Assembly: GCA_963740355.1 (NCBI GenBank)
Contig: CAVUDW010000003.1
Location: 640,001-704,000, forward strand
Reading direction: 5' to 3'
Length of the DNA stretch: 64,000 nucleotides
Origin: an uncultured Gemmatimonadaceae bacterium
GTDB taxonomy: Bacteria > Gemmatimonadota > Gemmatimonadetes > Gemmatimonadales > Gemmatimonadaceae
A program made the translations under genes and the position numbers. The first letter of the stretch is position 1, and each line of letters starts with the position of its first letter. Shown here piece by piece: positions 1 through 10,186 of the stretch. Under the pieces are notes generated by a model. It worked only from the letters and a program-made list of their open reading frames with translations, searched no databases and was not told where the DNA came from.

Positions 1-2
1 TG

Positions 3-1556
3 GTGTTCGAGCTCGACTACCGCCAGGAGCTGACGCGCCTCACGACGTGGGCCGCGTTGATCTGCGCCGCCATGTATGTGGTGATCATCTACGGCGCCCA
101 GTTGCTCCTGTCGCGCAAGACCAGTGCTGACGAGCCGCGCACGTTCGCCGTGCTGCATCCGATGAACCTGCTGCCGACGATCGCCGCGATCAGCGTCTAC
201 GTCGTTCTGCTCTGGGTCATTCAGTCGAACCAGCGCGAGGCGTTGGGGATCCTGATCGCCACCTGCATCGCACTGAACGTCTTGTTCTTCCTCAAGCAGA
301 CGCTGGCTGCGGAAGAGAATGCCGTGCTGCAGGCCGCACGGGCCGATGCCGAGAGTCGCGCGCGGTACGAGACGCTGGCCCGCGAGGGGCAGCGACTCGA
401 ATCCGTGGGCCGACTGGCGGGCGGCATCGCGCACGACTTCAACAACCTGCTCACGACGGTGCTGGCGAACAGCGATTTCGCGCTCACGCGGCTGCGGCCA
501 GGCGACGCGGCGCACGATGAAGTGACGGACATCCGGAGCGCGGCGATGCGTGGCGCAGAGTTGATTCGCCAGCTGCTCGCGTTCAGCCGGAAGTCGGTCA
601 TCGCGCCAGTCCGCCTCCAGCCCGACCTGGTGCTGCGTGAAATGGAGCGGCTCCTGCAACGCCTGGCCGGCGATCGATGCGCGCTGCTGCTCGAACTTCC
701 GGCTGACCTCGGCCAGGTCCAGGCAGATCGAGGTCAGCTCGAGCAGGTGCTGGCCAACCTCGTGTCGAATGCGCGCGATTCGATGGCCGATGGTGGTGGC
801 ATCGTGATCAGCGGCCGCAACGTGACGCTCTCTGGTGCACTGGCCGCTGAACTGGCGCTGCCCGCCGGCGAGTACGTGTCGCTGTCGGTGCAGGACAGCG
901 GAGTGGGAATTTCCAGCGAGGTTCGCACCCATATCTTCGAACCGTTTTTCTCGACCAAGGCACGCGGCAAGGGCACCGGGCTTGGTCTCGCCAGCACCTA
1001 TGGCATCATGCGGCAGAGCAACGGCGGAATCGGTGTGGAGAGTGTGGTGGGACGCGGCTCGGTCTTCACCCTGTACCTTCCGCGCGTGTACGCCGCGCCA
1101 ACGGCTGCAGTGAGCACAGTGGTAGCGGCGCCGGAGGATGTGCAGAGCGGCCGCGGCGAGACGGTGTTGCTGGTCGAGGACGACGCCGCGGTGCGACAGG
1201 TGACGCGCCGGATGCTGGCCTCCGAGGGGTATCACGTGCTGACTGCGGCCGACGCCGTGGCTGCGCACGCGATCTTCAACCAGCATGGCGAGGACATCGC
1301 GCTGATGATCACGGACGTGATGATGCCTGGCGACAGCGGCTTCACGCTCGCGACTTCGGTGCGCGAGCGGTGGCCGTCACTGGCCGTGATCTACATCTCC
1401 GGATACTCGGACACCGAGTTGCCGAATGACGAGCGCGTGAAGATCGGCGATGACTTCCTGCACAAACCGTTCACGGGTGCGCAGTTGATGGCGCGGATCG
1501 AGGCGCATCTGTCGACGCGGCGTCCGTCGTCTCCCCGCGCCGTCCGTAGCCGGTAG
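3..1556 (+). CDS. Membrane-bound hybrid sensor histidine kinase/response regulator (5' end probably truncated by window edge)
   Basis: TM segments, H-box [13 protein letters not shown] boxes ([19 protein letters not shown]), C-terminal receiver (LLVEDD...TDVMMP...KPF). Confidence 0.92.
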   Translation: MFELDYRQELTRLTTWAALICAAMYVVIIYGAQLLLSRKTSADEPRTFAVLHPMNLLPTIAAISVYVVLLWVIQSNQREALGILIATCIALNVLFFLKQTLAAEENAVLQAARADAESRARYETLAREGQRLESVGRLAGGIAHDFNNLLTTVLANSDFALTRLRPGDAAHDEVTDIRSAAMRGAELIRQLLAFSRKSVIAPVRLQPDLVLREMERLLQRLAGDRCALLLELPADLGQVQADRGQLEQVLANLVSNARDSMADGGGIVISGRNVTLSGALAAELALPAGEYVSLSVQDSGVGISSEVRTHIFEPFFSTKARGKGTGLGLASTYGIMRQSNGGIGVESVVGRGSVFTLYLPRVYAAPTAAVSTVVAAPEDVQSGRGETVLLVEDDAAVRQVTRRMLASEGYHVLTAADAVAAHAIFNQHGEDIALMITDVMMPGDSGFTLATSVRERWPSLAVIYISGYSDTELPNDERVKIGDDFLHKPFTGAQLMARIEAHLSTRRPSSPRAVRSR

Positions 1557-2958
1557 TCACAGCCAGCAGCACGGCACCGACCAGTGCCCACGCGTAGGTG
1601 TTGTGAAGGCCGATCGCGAATGGTGTCTGCGGCGGCATGCCGAACTGCCCTGCCCCGACGCTGGCGCTGGCGGCTAGAATCGTCGGCAGGAACCACGGGA
1701 GCAGGAACGGCCAGGTGCACACCGTGAGGTCGAGCAGGTTTGCGCGACGATACCGCGAGAGTGCAAATCGTTCGCCGGTCTGCTTCGCAAATGGCCCAAC
1801 GGCGAGAATCGCGACCACGCTGTGCGTGGTGATCAGTACCGCGCCACTGACCACGCCCACGATCCACCACTCCGCCATCCGCGCGCTGCGTGCCCGTCCC
1901 TCGGCCGATTCCACCAGGCGTTCCAGTGCATCGGTGGCCTGCAACGTGCCCACCAATGCCACCAGCAGCAGGGTAAAGACACTGACGCCGATGGCGCGCT
2001 GCATGCCATCGACGACCAGCCCGGTGGCGCCAAAGGTGCCAGGAACGACGTGCAGCAAGGCGCCTGGCGCGATCAGCCCAGTGCCGACGGCGAGCACCGC
2101 TGCCACGCCCGATCCGATCAGCAGCGCCTCGATCAGGTGACGGCCACGCAACAGCATCCCGATCACCAGCGCCGGTGCCACCAGCATGACGATTGCCACC
2201 GGCTTCACTTCGCCAGTACTCGCGATCGTGGCCACCAGTGCGTCACTTCTTCCGCCCATGACCGCCGACGCAACCACGGCGATCAGTCCTGCGGGTAACG
2301 CGTAACGCAGCCGACTCCGCACGGTGCCACCGATATCCGCATCCTGCGTCCCACTCGACGCGATGGTGGTATCGGAGACGGGTGAAATCGAGTCGCCGAA
2401 CGTTGCACCAGCGAGGATCGCGCCCATGAGTACTGCGGGCGCCGCGCCGGCTGGCCCACCCGCCGGATACAGGAGCGGGCCAGCAAGCAGGATTGTGCCA
2501 AAGCTGGTGCCGGTCGCGGTGGACACGAGTGCACAGACGAGGAACGCCGCAGCCACGAAGGCGCCGCCGGTGAGATGGGCCGAACGTGCCAACCATGCCA
2601 GCGCGCCGATGAATCCAGAGGCCGACAGAATCGCGCCCAGCACACCGGCAAAGAGCCAGGCGCAGAGCATCACCATCACGACGCGCTGGCTCATGCCGTC
2701 CAGCATCGCCTCCGAGTATCGCGTCCGGTCCTTCGACAGCAGCAGGCCGACGATGAGCGCCAGCAACAGGATCGGCCAGAACCCCTTCTCGTCCGGCGCG
2801 CCGCGCACCGCCAGGATCGCCACGCCGCCCAGAAAGACCGCGAAGGGCGTGAGGGCACCAGCGAGGCCTCCATGGAACTGCAGCGTCTGTGCGGGGGCGA
2901 CGGACGGCGTGAGGGCCACTGTCGGTGCGGTCTGCGAGCGCTCTGGTGTGGTCGGCAT
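1471..2958 (-). CDS. NhaC/ion-transporter superfamily membrane transporter
   Basis: ~11-12 hydrophobic segments, STATGTSFGT and GATFGDSISPVSDTTI motifs typical of the NhaC family. The 3' end overlaps the convergent kinase by 86 bp. Confidence 0.85.
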   Translation of the reverse strand: MPTTPERSQTAPTVALTPSVAPAQTLQFHGGLAGALTPFAVFLGGVAILAVRGAPDEKGFWPILLLALIVGLLLSKDRTRYSEAMLDGMSQRVVMVMLCAWLFAGVLGAILSASGFIGALAWLARSAHLTGGAFVAAAFLVCALVSTATGTSFGTILLAGPLLYPAGGPAGAAPAVLMGAILAGATFGDSISPVSDTTIASSGTQDADIGGTVRSRLRYALPAGLIAVVASAVMGGRSDALVATIASTGEVKPVAIVMLVAPALVIGMLLRGRHLIEALLIGSGVAAVLAVGTGLIAPGALLHVVPGTFGATGLVVDGMQRAIGVSVFTLLLVALVGTLQATDALERLVESAEGRARSARMAEWWIVGVVSGAVLITTHSVVAILAVGPFAKQTGERFALSRYRRANLLDLTVCTWPFLLPWFLPTILAASASVGAGQFGMPPQTPFAIGLHNTYAWALVGAVLLAVTTGYGRRGETTDAASTDAPRSAPSTAHP

Positions 2959-2996
2959 GTGGACGGAGAAACTCGCCGTCGGCTATCGTTCGCGCC

Positions 2997-3383
2997 ATGC
3001 CAGACTCTCCTGACCTTCCCCGCGGCTCGACACCCGCCGACGATTCCTTCACGCTCTACGACCTCCGCGTGGATGTGATCGCGACCGATCGGCCGATGGT
3101 CTGCAATCATCCGGCAGGCAGTTGGTTCGAGCTGGTGGGTGAGAACCTGCGCTTTCCCGACGGGCAGACCTTCCCGCTCTATCCACTGGCCGCCCTGCTG
3201 CCGCTGCTGCCAGCCAAGCAGCGGCCCACGCATCGCAATGACTGGATGACCACCGACGCCGAGATCGCCTGCCCTGATCCGTATTGCGGCGGGCGGTTCC
3301 GCATCACGCGCACCGGGACGACCACGTTCCGGCATGCCGACGTCACGCTTGTGCCTCTTCCCGCCGCCGATCCCCGGACCTGA
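2997..3383 (+). CDS. TIGR04076-family small cysteine-containing protein
   Basis: F-x-LYDLRV, VCNH, LPAKQR, DWM, ACPDPYCG motifs. ATG at 2997. Stop overlaps the next start (TGATG). Confidence 0.75.
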   Translation: MPDSPDLPRGSTPADDSFTLYDLRVDVIATDRPMVCNHPAGSWFELVGENLRFPDGQTFPLYPLAALLPLLPAKQRPTHRNDWMTTDAEIACPDPYCGGRFRITRTGTTTFRHADVTLVPLPAADPRT

Positions 3384-4441
3384 TGTCGACACGCAACGCA
3401 TTGCCGCAAGTTTCGCTCGCCGCGGGCTACACGATCCCGCGCCTGATCAAGGGCGGGTGGCAGCTCGCGGGAGGGCACGGCACCGTTGACGACGCCGCCG
3501 CGATCGCCGACATGGTGGCATTCGCCGACGCCGGAATCACCGCCTTCGATTGCGCCGACATCTATACCGGCGTCGAGGAGTTGATTGGCCGCTTCCTGAT
3601 CGAGTGGCGGAAGATTCGCGGCAGTGACGCGCCGCGCATTCGCGTGCATACGAAGTGTGTGCCCGATCTGTCCGCGTTGCCGACGCTCAATCGCCGCGAC
3701 GTCGCGAAACTCATCGATCGATCGTTGCAGCGATTGGGTGTCGAGCGACTGGACCTGGTGCAGTTCCACTGGTGGGACTACGCCATCCCCGGTGTGGTGG
3801 ACGCCGCGCTGCACCTGCGTGACCTGCAGCAGGATGGCAAGATCGACCTCATCGGCGTCACCAATTTCGACACGACGCACCTGCTCTCGATGCTCGACGC
3901 TGGTGTGCCTGTCGCCAGCCACCAGGTGCAGGTGTCGCTGCTCGATGGCCGCGCCTTGCGCGACATGGCCGCGCTCTGCGCCTCGCGTGGCGTGAAGCTG
4001 CTGGCCTACGGCGCACTGGCGGGTGGCTTCATGCACGAACGCTGGCTCGGCGCACCGGAACCGGTCGAGCCACTCGAGAATCGGTCGCTGGTGAAGTACA
4101 AGCTGATCATCGACGACTTCGGTGGCTGGCCGCTCTTTCAGCGCCTGCTGGCACTGCTGCAGCGCATCGCGACCACCCACAACACCACCATCGGCGCCGT
4201 CGCGCTGCACTACGTCCTCGACCAACACGCCGTCGCGGCGGCAATCGTCGGAGCGCGTCACGCCGGCCACCTCGCCAACACCATCGCCGCCACCACCATC
4301 AGCCTCACCGCCGACGATGACGCCGAGCTGCAGGAGCTCCTCGCGACCGCCACGGGCCCACTCGGCGACGTCTACGCACTCGAGCGCGACAAGTCCGGCC
4401 GGCACGGCTCCATCATGCGCTACAACCTCAACACGACCTGA
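3383..4441 (+). CDS. Aldo/keto reductase
   Basis: IKGGWQL, FDCADIY, HTK, LDLVQFHWWD, IGVTNF motifs. Translationally coupled to the upstream gene. Confidence 0.9.
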   Translation: MSTRNALPQVSLAAGYTIPRLIKGGWQLAGGHGTVDDAAAIADMVAFADAGITAFDCADIYTGVEELIGRFLIEWRKIRGSDAPRIRVHTKCVPDLSALPTLNRRDVAKLIDRSLQRLGVERLDLVQFHWWDYAIPGVVDAALHLRDLQQDGKIDLIGVTNFDTTHLLSMLDAGVPVASHQVQVSLLDGRALRDMAALCASRGVKLLAYGALAGGFMHERWLGAPEPVEPLENRSLVKYKLIIDDFGGWPLFQRLLALLQRIATTHNTTIGAVALHYVLDQHAVAAAIVGARHAGHLANTIAATTISLTADDDAELQELLATATGPLGDVYALERDKSGRHGSIMRYNLNTT

Positions 4442-4444
4442 CTG

Positions 4445-4598
4445 CACGTGTACGGCACAGCAACTGCAACTGCATAACGCAGAAGTGAACAGCCGCAGAA
4501 CTGCACCTGCTGCTGAACTGCCTTGACGCAAAACGGCTTGGGGGTACGGCAACAGCCGCAACACTGCAACGGCCGCAAAACTGCCACAGCAGTGCAAT
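4445..4598. repeat. REP-like intergenic repeat cluster (CGCAGAACTGAACAGC-type units) between convergent genes
   Basis: cgcagaagtgaacagccgcagaactgcac (4478-4506) and aacagccgcaacactgcaacggccgcaaaactgc (4551-4584). The same unit recurs at 45362-45389 and, inverted, at 46775-46813. Confidence 0.7.
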
Positions 4599-4606
4599 AA
4601 GGAACG

Positions 4607-6046
4607 CTAAGGAACCAATGCCCGCGGTGCCTGAGAGGGGATGAGGTAGAACGACTCCTGACGCGGACGGAAGAAGCGGAAGCCTTCTGGGGTGAGGTAC
4701 GCATCGTCTTCCATCATCACGAACACCTTCTTGCCGCCCCACTCGGCGACGGGCGTGCCGGTGTTCAGCTCGATCGAGATGTACGAACCGAGGCGCAGGC
4801 GGCTGTTGAGGGCCGTCGTGTCGCTGCGGTTGGCGGCGCGGAAGTCGATGCCGGCGCCGAGGCCGTGGCCCTGCGTGCCGATCGGGTGCGAGTAGACCAT
4901 CGCCTCGATGCCCTTCTCCTTCATCTCGGCCATCGTCGCGCGGAACACACCGCCGCCGGTGAGGCCGGGGCGCGAGTGACGGAGCATCAGTGCATCCTGC
5001 AGCGTGTTCGTGTTCTGCAACGCCTGCTTCAAGCCCGGCGGGGCGTCGGTCTCGCCCGGGCGGAGGATGTAGGCCATCTTCTGCCAATCGGTATCGAAGC
5101 CCATGTAGCTTATGCCGAAGTCGATGTGAACCAGGTCGCCTGGCTCGATCACCGTCGCTTCCGGTGCTACCGCCAGAAATCCGCGTGAGGTGGCGATTTC
5201 ACCGCCCGCGCGCTGCACGCGCAGGTCGGGCTGAAACCAGGTGCGCACACCGGCTGACCAGAGCGAGTTGTACAGCTCACGACGGACATCACCCACCGTC
5301 GTCCGGCCTGGCGTGATCACGGCCGGCGACAAGGCGCGCTTGACGATGCCCTCGGTGACGGCGACCGCCGTGCGGTAGTGCTCCATCTCATCCGGCAATC
5401 GAGTGTCGAGATACTCCTCCACCAGGTCGGACGCGCTGACGAACTTTGCCGTGCCTTCCGCGCCCACCGCGTCGGCGATGAACTGATACGCATCGTAGCC
5501 CAGCGAACGAGTCTGCCCGCGACGGCCGTTGATGCCGAGTCCGATCGTCTTCGGCTTCCACTGCTCGTAGAGCGCCCGCAGGGTCGGTCCCGCCGGTCGC
5601 GGCTCGGTGGTCGGTGCATCGAAGAACCGCGCCAGGTTCTCCTCGGTGTAGCCGGTGATCGCGTACTTCTTCAACCCCTGCTCACCGCCGTCGATGAAGA
5701 CGAAGATGTCGCGATTGCCTGTGTATGGTCGTGGTGGGGCGACGTACTGCGAGAGCGGGTCGTCGTGGAATTCCTCGTTCACAACCAGCCACATCCCGAT
5801 GTTGTGGCGGCGCATCATCGGCAGCAGCATCGCGTGACGCTGCACCAGCCACTTCTCGCGGATCGTGATCTGGTCCGCCCATGGCAATAGCGGCGACGGC
5901 GTCCCCATGATCACGCTGCCCGTGCCAGGAACAGCCGGCGTCGGAGTGGGGGCGGTCGAGGGCGCCGCCGTGCCACCAGCGCAGGCGCCGAGGGCAAGGA
6001 GCACGGCGAAGGTGCCGACGCGGCGAGGGGTGGCGTACGAATTCAT
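4607..6046 (-). CDS. M24 family (Xaa-Pro-like) metallopeptidase lipoprotein
   Basis: Signal peptide with lipobox LGAC. Pita-bread motifs HIDFG...DTDWQ, HPIG.QGH, IE, MEDD. Start set at MNSY (6046). Confidence 0.85.
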   Translation of the reverse strand: MNSYATPRRVGTFAVLLALGACAGGTAAPSTAPTPTPAVPGTGSVIMGTPSPLLPWADQITIREKWLVQRHAMLLPMMRRHNIGMWLVVNEEFHDDPLSQYVAPPRPYTGNRDIFVFIDGGEQGLKKYAITGYTEENLARFFDAPTTEPRPAGPTLRALYEQWKPKTIGLGINGRRGQTRSLGYDAYQFIADAVGAEGTAKFVSASDLVEEYLDTRLPDEMEHYRTAVAVTEGIVKRALSPAVITPGRTTVGDVRRELYNSLWSAGVRTWFQPDLRVQRAGGEIATSRGFLAVAPEATVIEPGDLVHIDFGISYMGFDTDWQKMAYILRPGETDAPPGLKQALQNTNTLQDALMLRHSRPGLTGGGVFRATMAEMKEKGIEAMVYSHPIGTQGHGLGAGIDFRAANRSDTTALNSRLRLGSYISIELNTGTPVAEWGGKKVFVMMEDDAYLTPEGFRFFRPRQESFYLIPSQAPRALVP

Positions 6047-6110
6047 TCGGATGGGGCTTGGGGGTCGCAGGACTACGGAAACTACCCAACGGCCGTTGGC
6101 GGCCGCGCCT

Positions 6111-6150
6111 CGGCACCGCATGGCACCGCATGGCATGGCATGGCATGGCG
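6111..6150. repeat. Pentanucleotide microsatellite (TGGCA/CCGCA units) in a divergent promoter region
   Basis: cggca ccgca tggca ccgca tggca tggca tggca tggcg read directly. Confidence 0.8.
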
Positions 6151-6348
6151 CTGTCACGTCGACGCGCGCCCTGTCCAATTGACCGAACCGCGCTGCCACG
6201 ATGACCGAGGCCCACTGGTATGCCGGTTGCTCCCTGTCATGGCACGCGACCGGCGGTGCCGGACGCCCCCGACGGCCACGGTATTTCGTGGCGATGGGCC
6301 GCAGGATTTCCAGTCAATTCCCACACTCAAATCACGGAGAGTCCCAAG

Positions 6349-6831
6349 ATGTTTTCCTCGAATCTCAACTCGGTTCTCGACCGCCTGATGACGGTGAGCC
6401 AGGCCATGGACGAGGCGGCGCTGCGTGCGCCGAACGGCACCATTGAAGGCCGCCCCCGCGCGCAGCTCTGGCTGCCGCCGGTGGACATCTACGAGACGGA
6501 ATCCGCGTTCGTGGTCGAGGCCGACCTGCCCGGGGTGCACCAGGAGAACGTGGACATCCAGTTCGACCGCAACACGCTGACCATCAGCGGGACCCGCGCC
6601 GCCACCCTGCCGAGCAAGGAGAAGGCGGCCCAGCTGCGCGTCTTCAGCGCGGAGCGCCTCAGCGGCGGCTTCTCGCGCTCCATCCGCCTGCCGGAGCACG
6701 TCGATAGCGAAAAAATCGCGGCGACCTTCACCGATGGGGTGCTGCAGGTGACGGTGCCGAAGCTGAGCCAGGCCGTGCCGCGGAAAATCGCGATCAGCAC
6801 GCACGTCGAGGGGAAGGCGCTGAATCGCTGA
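6349..6831 (+). CDS. Hsp20/alpha-crystallin small heat-shock protein
   Basis: PPVDIYE...ADLPGV...ER.SG.FSRSI.LP...A.F.DGVL.V.VPK and C-terminal I-A-I motif. GGAG RBS precedes ATG 6349. Confidence 0.93.
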   Translation: MFSSNLNSVLDRLMTVSQAMDEAALRAPNGTIEGRPRAQLWLPPVDIYETESAFVVEADLPGVHQENVDIQFDRNTLTISGTRAATLPSKEKAAQLRVFSAERLSGGFSRSIRLPEHVDSEKIAATFTDGVLQVTVPKLSQAVPRKIAISTHVEGKALNR

Positions 6832-6853
6832 TCAGGCCTTCGCGTGACTGAAG

Positions 6854-6895
6854 AAAACGTGCGCCGTTCCTTTGGGGGCGGCGCACGTCGTTTTT
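6854..6895. terminator. Intrinsic, probably bidirectional, terminator
   Basis: aaa-acgtgcgccg...cggcgcacgt-cg-ttttt between convergent hsp20 and the TPR-like gene. Confidence 0.8.
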
Positions 6896-6931
6896 GCGAT
6901 TCGGCTGCAGGCCCGACCGGCGGGCCGAGCG

Positions 6932-8446
6932 TCACTCGGTACAGGCCTTTCCGAGCGTGACATTGATCGCGCGCGCGTCACGGACCAAGACTGGCCACCA
7001 GTATTCCTTGCAGGTCCAGGGCGCGACGGAAATCGCCGCAGTGCCGATACGCGACATGGCGACGTTCGCACGTGCAAGCAGGATTGCGTCGAGGTAGTTC
7101 ATAGGCTTGGCGCTCGGTCCGCCGACGGACCGCAAGCGAGTGCCGGCGTGATTGGCATCGCCGTAGCGCGAATCGAGGTAGGCCGCGGCGCGCTCGCCCC
7201 ACTCGGGATGCCCGAGGCGCGTCGCAATTTCCGCATCGATCCACGACGCTCGGCGATCGCCCAAGGCCCCGCGGATCATGGCCCGGAGCGCGTACGCTGG
7301 GGCCAACGCATCATCGGACGCGATCGCCGCGTTCAGGGCGTAGCAGACGACGTCGCGATTGCCGCGACTCAAAGCGACAACCGCGAGATCGACCAGCAGC
7401 CGCCCGTCGCGCGGGGCGAGCAACAAGGCGTTGGAGAGCAGTTCTTCTGCGCGGGCATCGTCACCGCGAATGCGGCTGAGCACCGAACGGCGCTGCATGA
7501 CGCCAGGGGTCTCACCATCTTCGCGTGCGACGGAAATGACGAGTGTCTCGGCACGCGGCAGGTCTCCGTGCACCAGGTGCGCGTCGGCCAGCACCAGTTG
7601 TGAGTCGGGGCTGCGCGGTGCGAGCTGCGCTGCGCGTGTGGCAGCGGCGAGGAAGCTGGCCTTCAGGTCCTGTCGTTCATTCGCATCGGATTCGCGGCTC
7701 CATTCGAGCAACGATCGTTCGACCCGCGCACGCCAGCGCCATACATCGGAGAGTGATGGCGCGAGCGCGGAGGCCCGAATCATCGACTCACGCGCACGTG
7801 CCAGGGACACAGGCGTCGATGCGAGGGCCTCGGCAAGGCCGTAGATGTACGCGTCCCCGGCCTCGATGCTGCCGAGCGGTGGCGGTGAGGCACCTAGCGA
7901 TTCGCCGAACTTCGCACCTTCGCGAGCTGCGACCCGCGCCAGCGCGAGGGCGATGCGCATGATGTCGTCGGCGCGGGCCGTGATCCTGGTGCTGGGCGGC
8001 GCGGGCCTCGCGGCACGCCCTGCGGCCCGCAGTGTCCAGGTGACGACGATGCTGTCTCCCGATCGCTGCACGACGGCCGTCAGCAGCTCGGTGCCAGGCG
8101 ACATGCCCTTGGTATCGGTGGCAGCCGCCATCGAGGACGAGATGCGCGTCAGGACTTCGACGGTGGAAAGCACGGCGACGGGGGCGCGTTCGCTGAGCAC
8201 GTCCTGAACCAGCACGATCAGCGCACGGGCGGCGGCGTTATCAGCTTCCGGGAAGAGGCCTTCGGCCATCATTCGCACGGAGACCACAGCCGGCTTGATA
8301 CTGAGGAACGGGAGCGGCACCGGCCGGGCACAGCGGACCGGCTGCACCATCAGCGGAATCTGGGCTGCGAGTACAGACGGCGTGAGCAGGCAGAGGGCGG
8401 CAGTGGCAAGGCCGTGCCGCCCGAACAGGGACTTTCGTGCGGTCAA
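6932..8446 (-). CDS. Secreted TPR-like helical repeat protein
   Basis: N-terminal signal peptide (..SVLAAQ) and Ala/Leu-rich helical repeats ending in 'LAP' turns. Start codon (TTG) uncertain. Confidence 0.6.
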   Translation of the reverse strand: MTARKSLFGRHGLATAALCLLTPSVLAAQIPLMVQPVRCARPVPLPFLSIKPAVVSVRMMAEGLFPEADNAAARALIVLVQDVLSERAPVAVLSTVEVLTRISSSMAAATDTKGMSPGTELLTAVVQRSGDSIVVTWTLRAAGRAARPAPPSTRITARADDIMRIALALARVAAREGAKFGESLGASPPPLGSIEAGDAYIYGLAEALASTPVSLARARESMIRASALAPSLSDVWRWRARVERSLLEWSRESDANERQDLKASFLAAATRAAQLAPRSPDSQLVLADAHLVHGDLPRAETLVISVAREDGETPGVMQRRSVLSRIRGDDARAEELLSNALLLAPRDGRLLVDLAVVALSRGNRDVVCYALNAAIASDDALAPAYALRAMIRGALGDRRASWIDAEIATRLGHPEWGERAAAYLDSRYGDANHAGTRLRSVGGPSAKPMNYLDAILLARANVAMSRIGTAAISVAPWTCKEYWWPVLVRDARAINVTLGKACTE

Positions 8447-8860
8447 TCGAAGCCTGTCATCTGACGAGGATCAGTTTCTGCGCGGTGCCGAGTGTACTCC
8501 ACCGTCCGGTTTTCGCTACCGCCGCGATCGGATTTCCCACCAAGCTACCTTGCGCCTAGTTGTTCGCCATGAGCCCTGCCGCCCGCCACCAATCACACGC
8601 CTCTGCAGTGCTCGTGCTTCTCGGTTGATTCAATCCGCGGAAGCCACACATGAGCCTGAATCCCATCAGCACGTTGATCATTAGCAAACTTCACTGCCAT
8701 CTGCGCCGCGGCTGCGAGTCTGTCTGCTACGTGTGTCGACGGCACGGTAAAGTAATCGCGACAACCAATGGCAATGCCGATCAAGATCGGGCCGCCGAAC
8801 GCGGAGTGCAATTCTATGGCTAATCACTGCTCACGGCATCCGTGTAAACGCTATGAAGCG

Positions 8861-10099
8861 CTACTGCACCAGGACCAATTTCTGTGCGGTACCAATTGTG
8901 TTTCCGAGCGTATTGCCAGGGCCGACTATGGCCTGGGTCACAATCGGATAGCCTACAAGAGTCCCAGCGACGTAGTTGCTCGCTGGCCGGCCCGCGAGAG
9001 CAAGCCAAGGGCAGCTCTCTTGGGGCCTCGCTCGTCCGGGCTGCTGCCCGCCCCGGAAGACGCACATGAGCTGAAATCCTAGCAACACCTGAATCGAAGC
9101 AGAATTGACGCCCGTTTGTCTGGTGGCAGCGATTGTAATCGTTACACCATCTGTGGATAGCGACCCAGGGGCATAGCAGGTTGCATCATTAGCATTTGTC
9201 TGTTCGGCGCAGAGAGGCTGCAGTCCAGCAGGAGGCCGAGGATTCTGTGTGAGCTGCACGTAGTCAGCTGTTCTCGGTACCGCACCCTGCCCTCGCCCAG
9301 GTTGGATTCCGGTTTCTTCCTCAGTCCCACCAGCGGAGTAGTCCGACACACCGTCGCAATTCAGTCCCATTACGGCGTCTTCGTACCTTTTCAATGAACC
9401 GGTATTCGAATTGGTAAGCGCGAGGTAAACGGTATCAGGCGTGCTCGGGTTGCCAAATGGATTGCTGATATTTGGCCCAGCGATTATCGCCATGGTACGC
9501 GCGAGCTCGGGAGTACTGGTACGGCGTGCGAGCTCGTTGACGCCGGCCTGAGTGGTCAGGTAATCTGTCGCGCCACCCAGCAGTCTGCTGATGAAGCTAG
9601 TTGGAAATCCCCAAGGCTTAATGCAGTCTCGCGAAGCTTGATTGGCTATCCATGCCGTCCCCTTCCTCCGGGGCGCGATAGCGCTAACACCGAGGAGGCG
9701 ACCGAAGCTCAGTGTTGTTGGACGCGTAACCGTCACTCTAACGGAGTTGAGCGCAAGGTTCGACCAATCTGGATTCGGCGTGAACTCGCTTCTGATTGGA
9801 TTCCAAAATCCAGCGACGACGTCGCTACTTGTTATGCTGACCGGGGAGCCAAAGGCCCTATTATTGGCGGCAAAGCTCACAGTCCCCGGAGCCGCGGTGA
9901 CCCCGGGCGCCAGCTGAAGACGACGAGCTCCCGCGAGGGCCGCCGCGTCCGCACCAGTCTGGATTTCATTCACACCACCGTACACCCGCGAGAGATCCAG
10001 CGCGAAAGCCGCCATCCCTCCAAGCACAAACAGCAGCACGGCAACCAGCACCAAGGTGGCACCGCGACGCGTACGGAAATTCGACTTGCGCTTATACAT
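8861..10099 (-). CDS. tadG: TadG-like pilus-associated pseudopilin/adhesin
   Basis: RRG/ATLVLVA prepilin-like N-terminus, A(L)D..R, QTGADAAALAGA Tad motif. GGAGG RBS before ATG 10099. Last gene of the tad run. Confidence 0.8.
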   Translation of the reverse strand: MYKRKSNFRTRRGATLVLVAVLLFVLGGMAAFALDLSRVYGGVNEIQTGADAAALAGARRLQLAPGVTAAPGTVSFAANNRAFGSPVSITSSDVVAGFWNPIRSEFTPNPDWSNLALNSVRVTVTRPTTLSFGRLLGVSAIAPRRKGTAWIANQASRDCIKPWGFPTSFISRLLGGATDYLTTQAGVNELARRTSTPELARTMAIIAGPNISNPFGNPSTPDTVYLALTNSNTGSLKRYEDAVMGLNCDGVSDYSAGGTEEETGIQPGRGQGAVPRTADYVQLTQNPRPPAGLQPLCAEQTNANDATCYAPGSLSTDGVTITIAATRQTGVNSASIQVLLGFQLMCVFRGGQQPGRARPQESCPWLALAGRPASNYVAGTLVGYPIVTQAIVGPGNTLGNTIGTAQKLVLVQ

Positions 10100-10186
10100 G
10101 GTCGGCCTCCGCCGGCGCGCATCCGTCGGCAATAAACTGTGTTTCACTCAGTCACCACAACTGCATACTTCGACACAGCGTCACGC

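Noticed and set aside
1471..1556. 86-bp convergent overlap of the kinase and transporter genes as a regulatory device
   Set aside because: Both tails are low-complexity and such overlaps are common in GC-rich genomes. There is no other support.
4445..4598. Possible CRISPR array
   Set aside because: Units are short, degenerate and adjacent, with no unique spacers and no cas genes.
6200..6348. CIRCE or sigma54 site upstream of hsp20
   Set aside because: No TTAGCACTC-N9-GAGTGCTAA, and TGGCAC at ~6240 is not followed by TTGC at the required spacing.
8295..9082. Small ORFs between tadG and the TPR-like gene
   Set aside because: They overlap real genes in antisense or lack any protein-like features.
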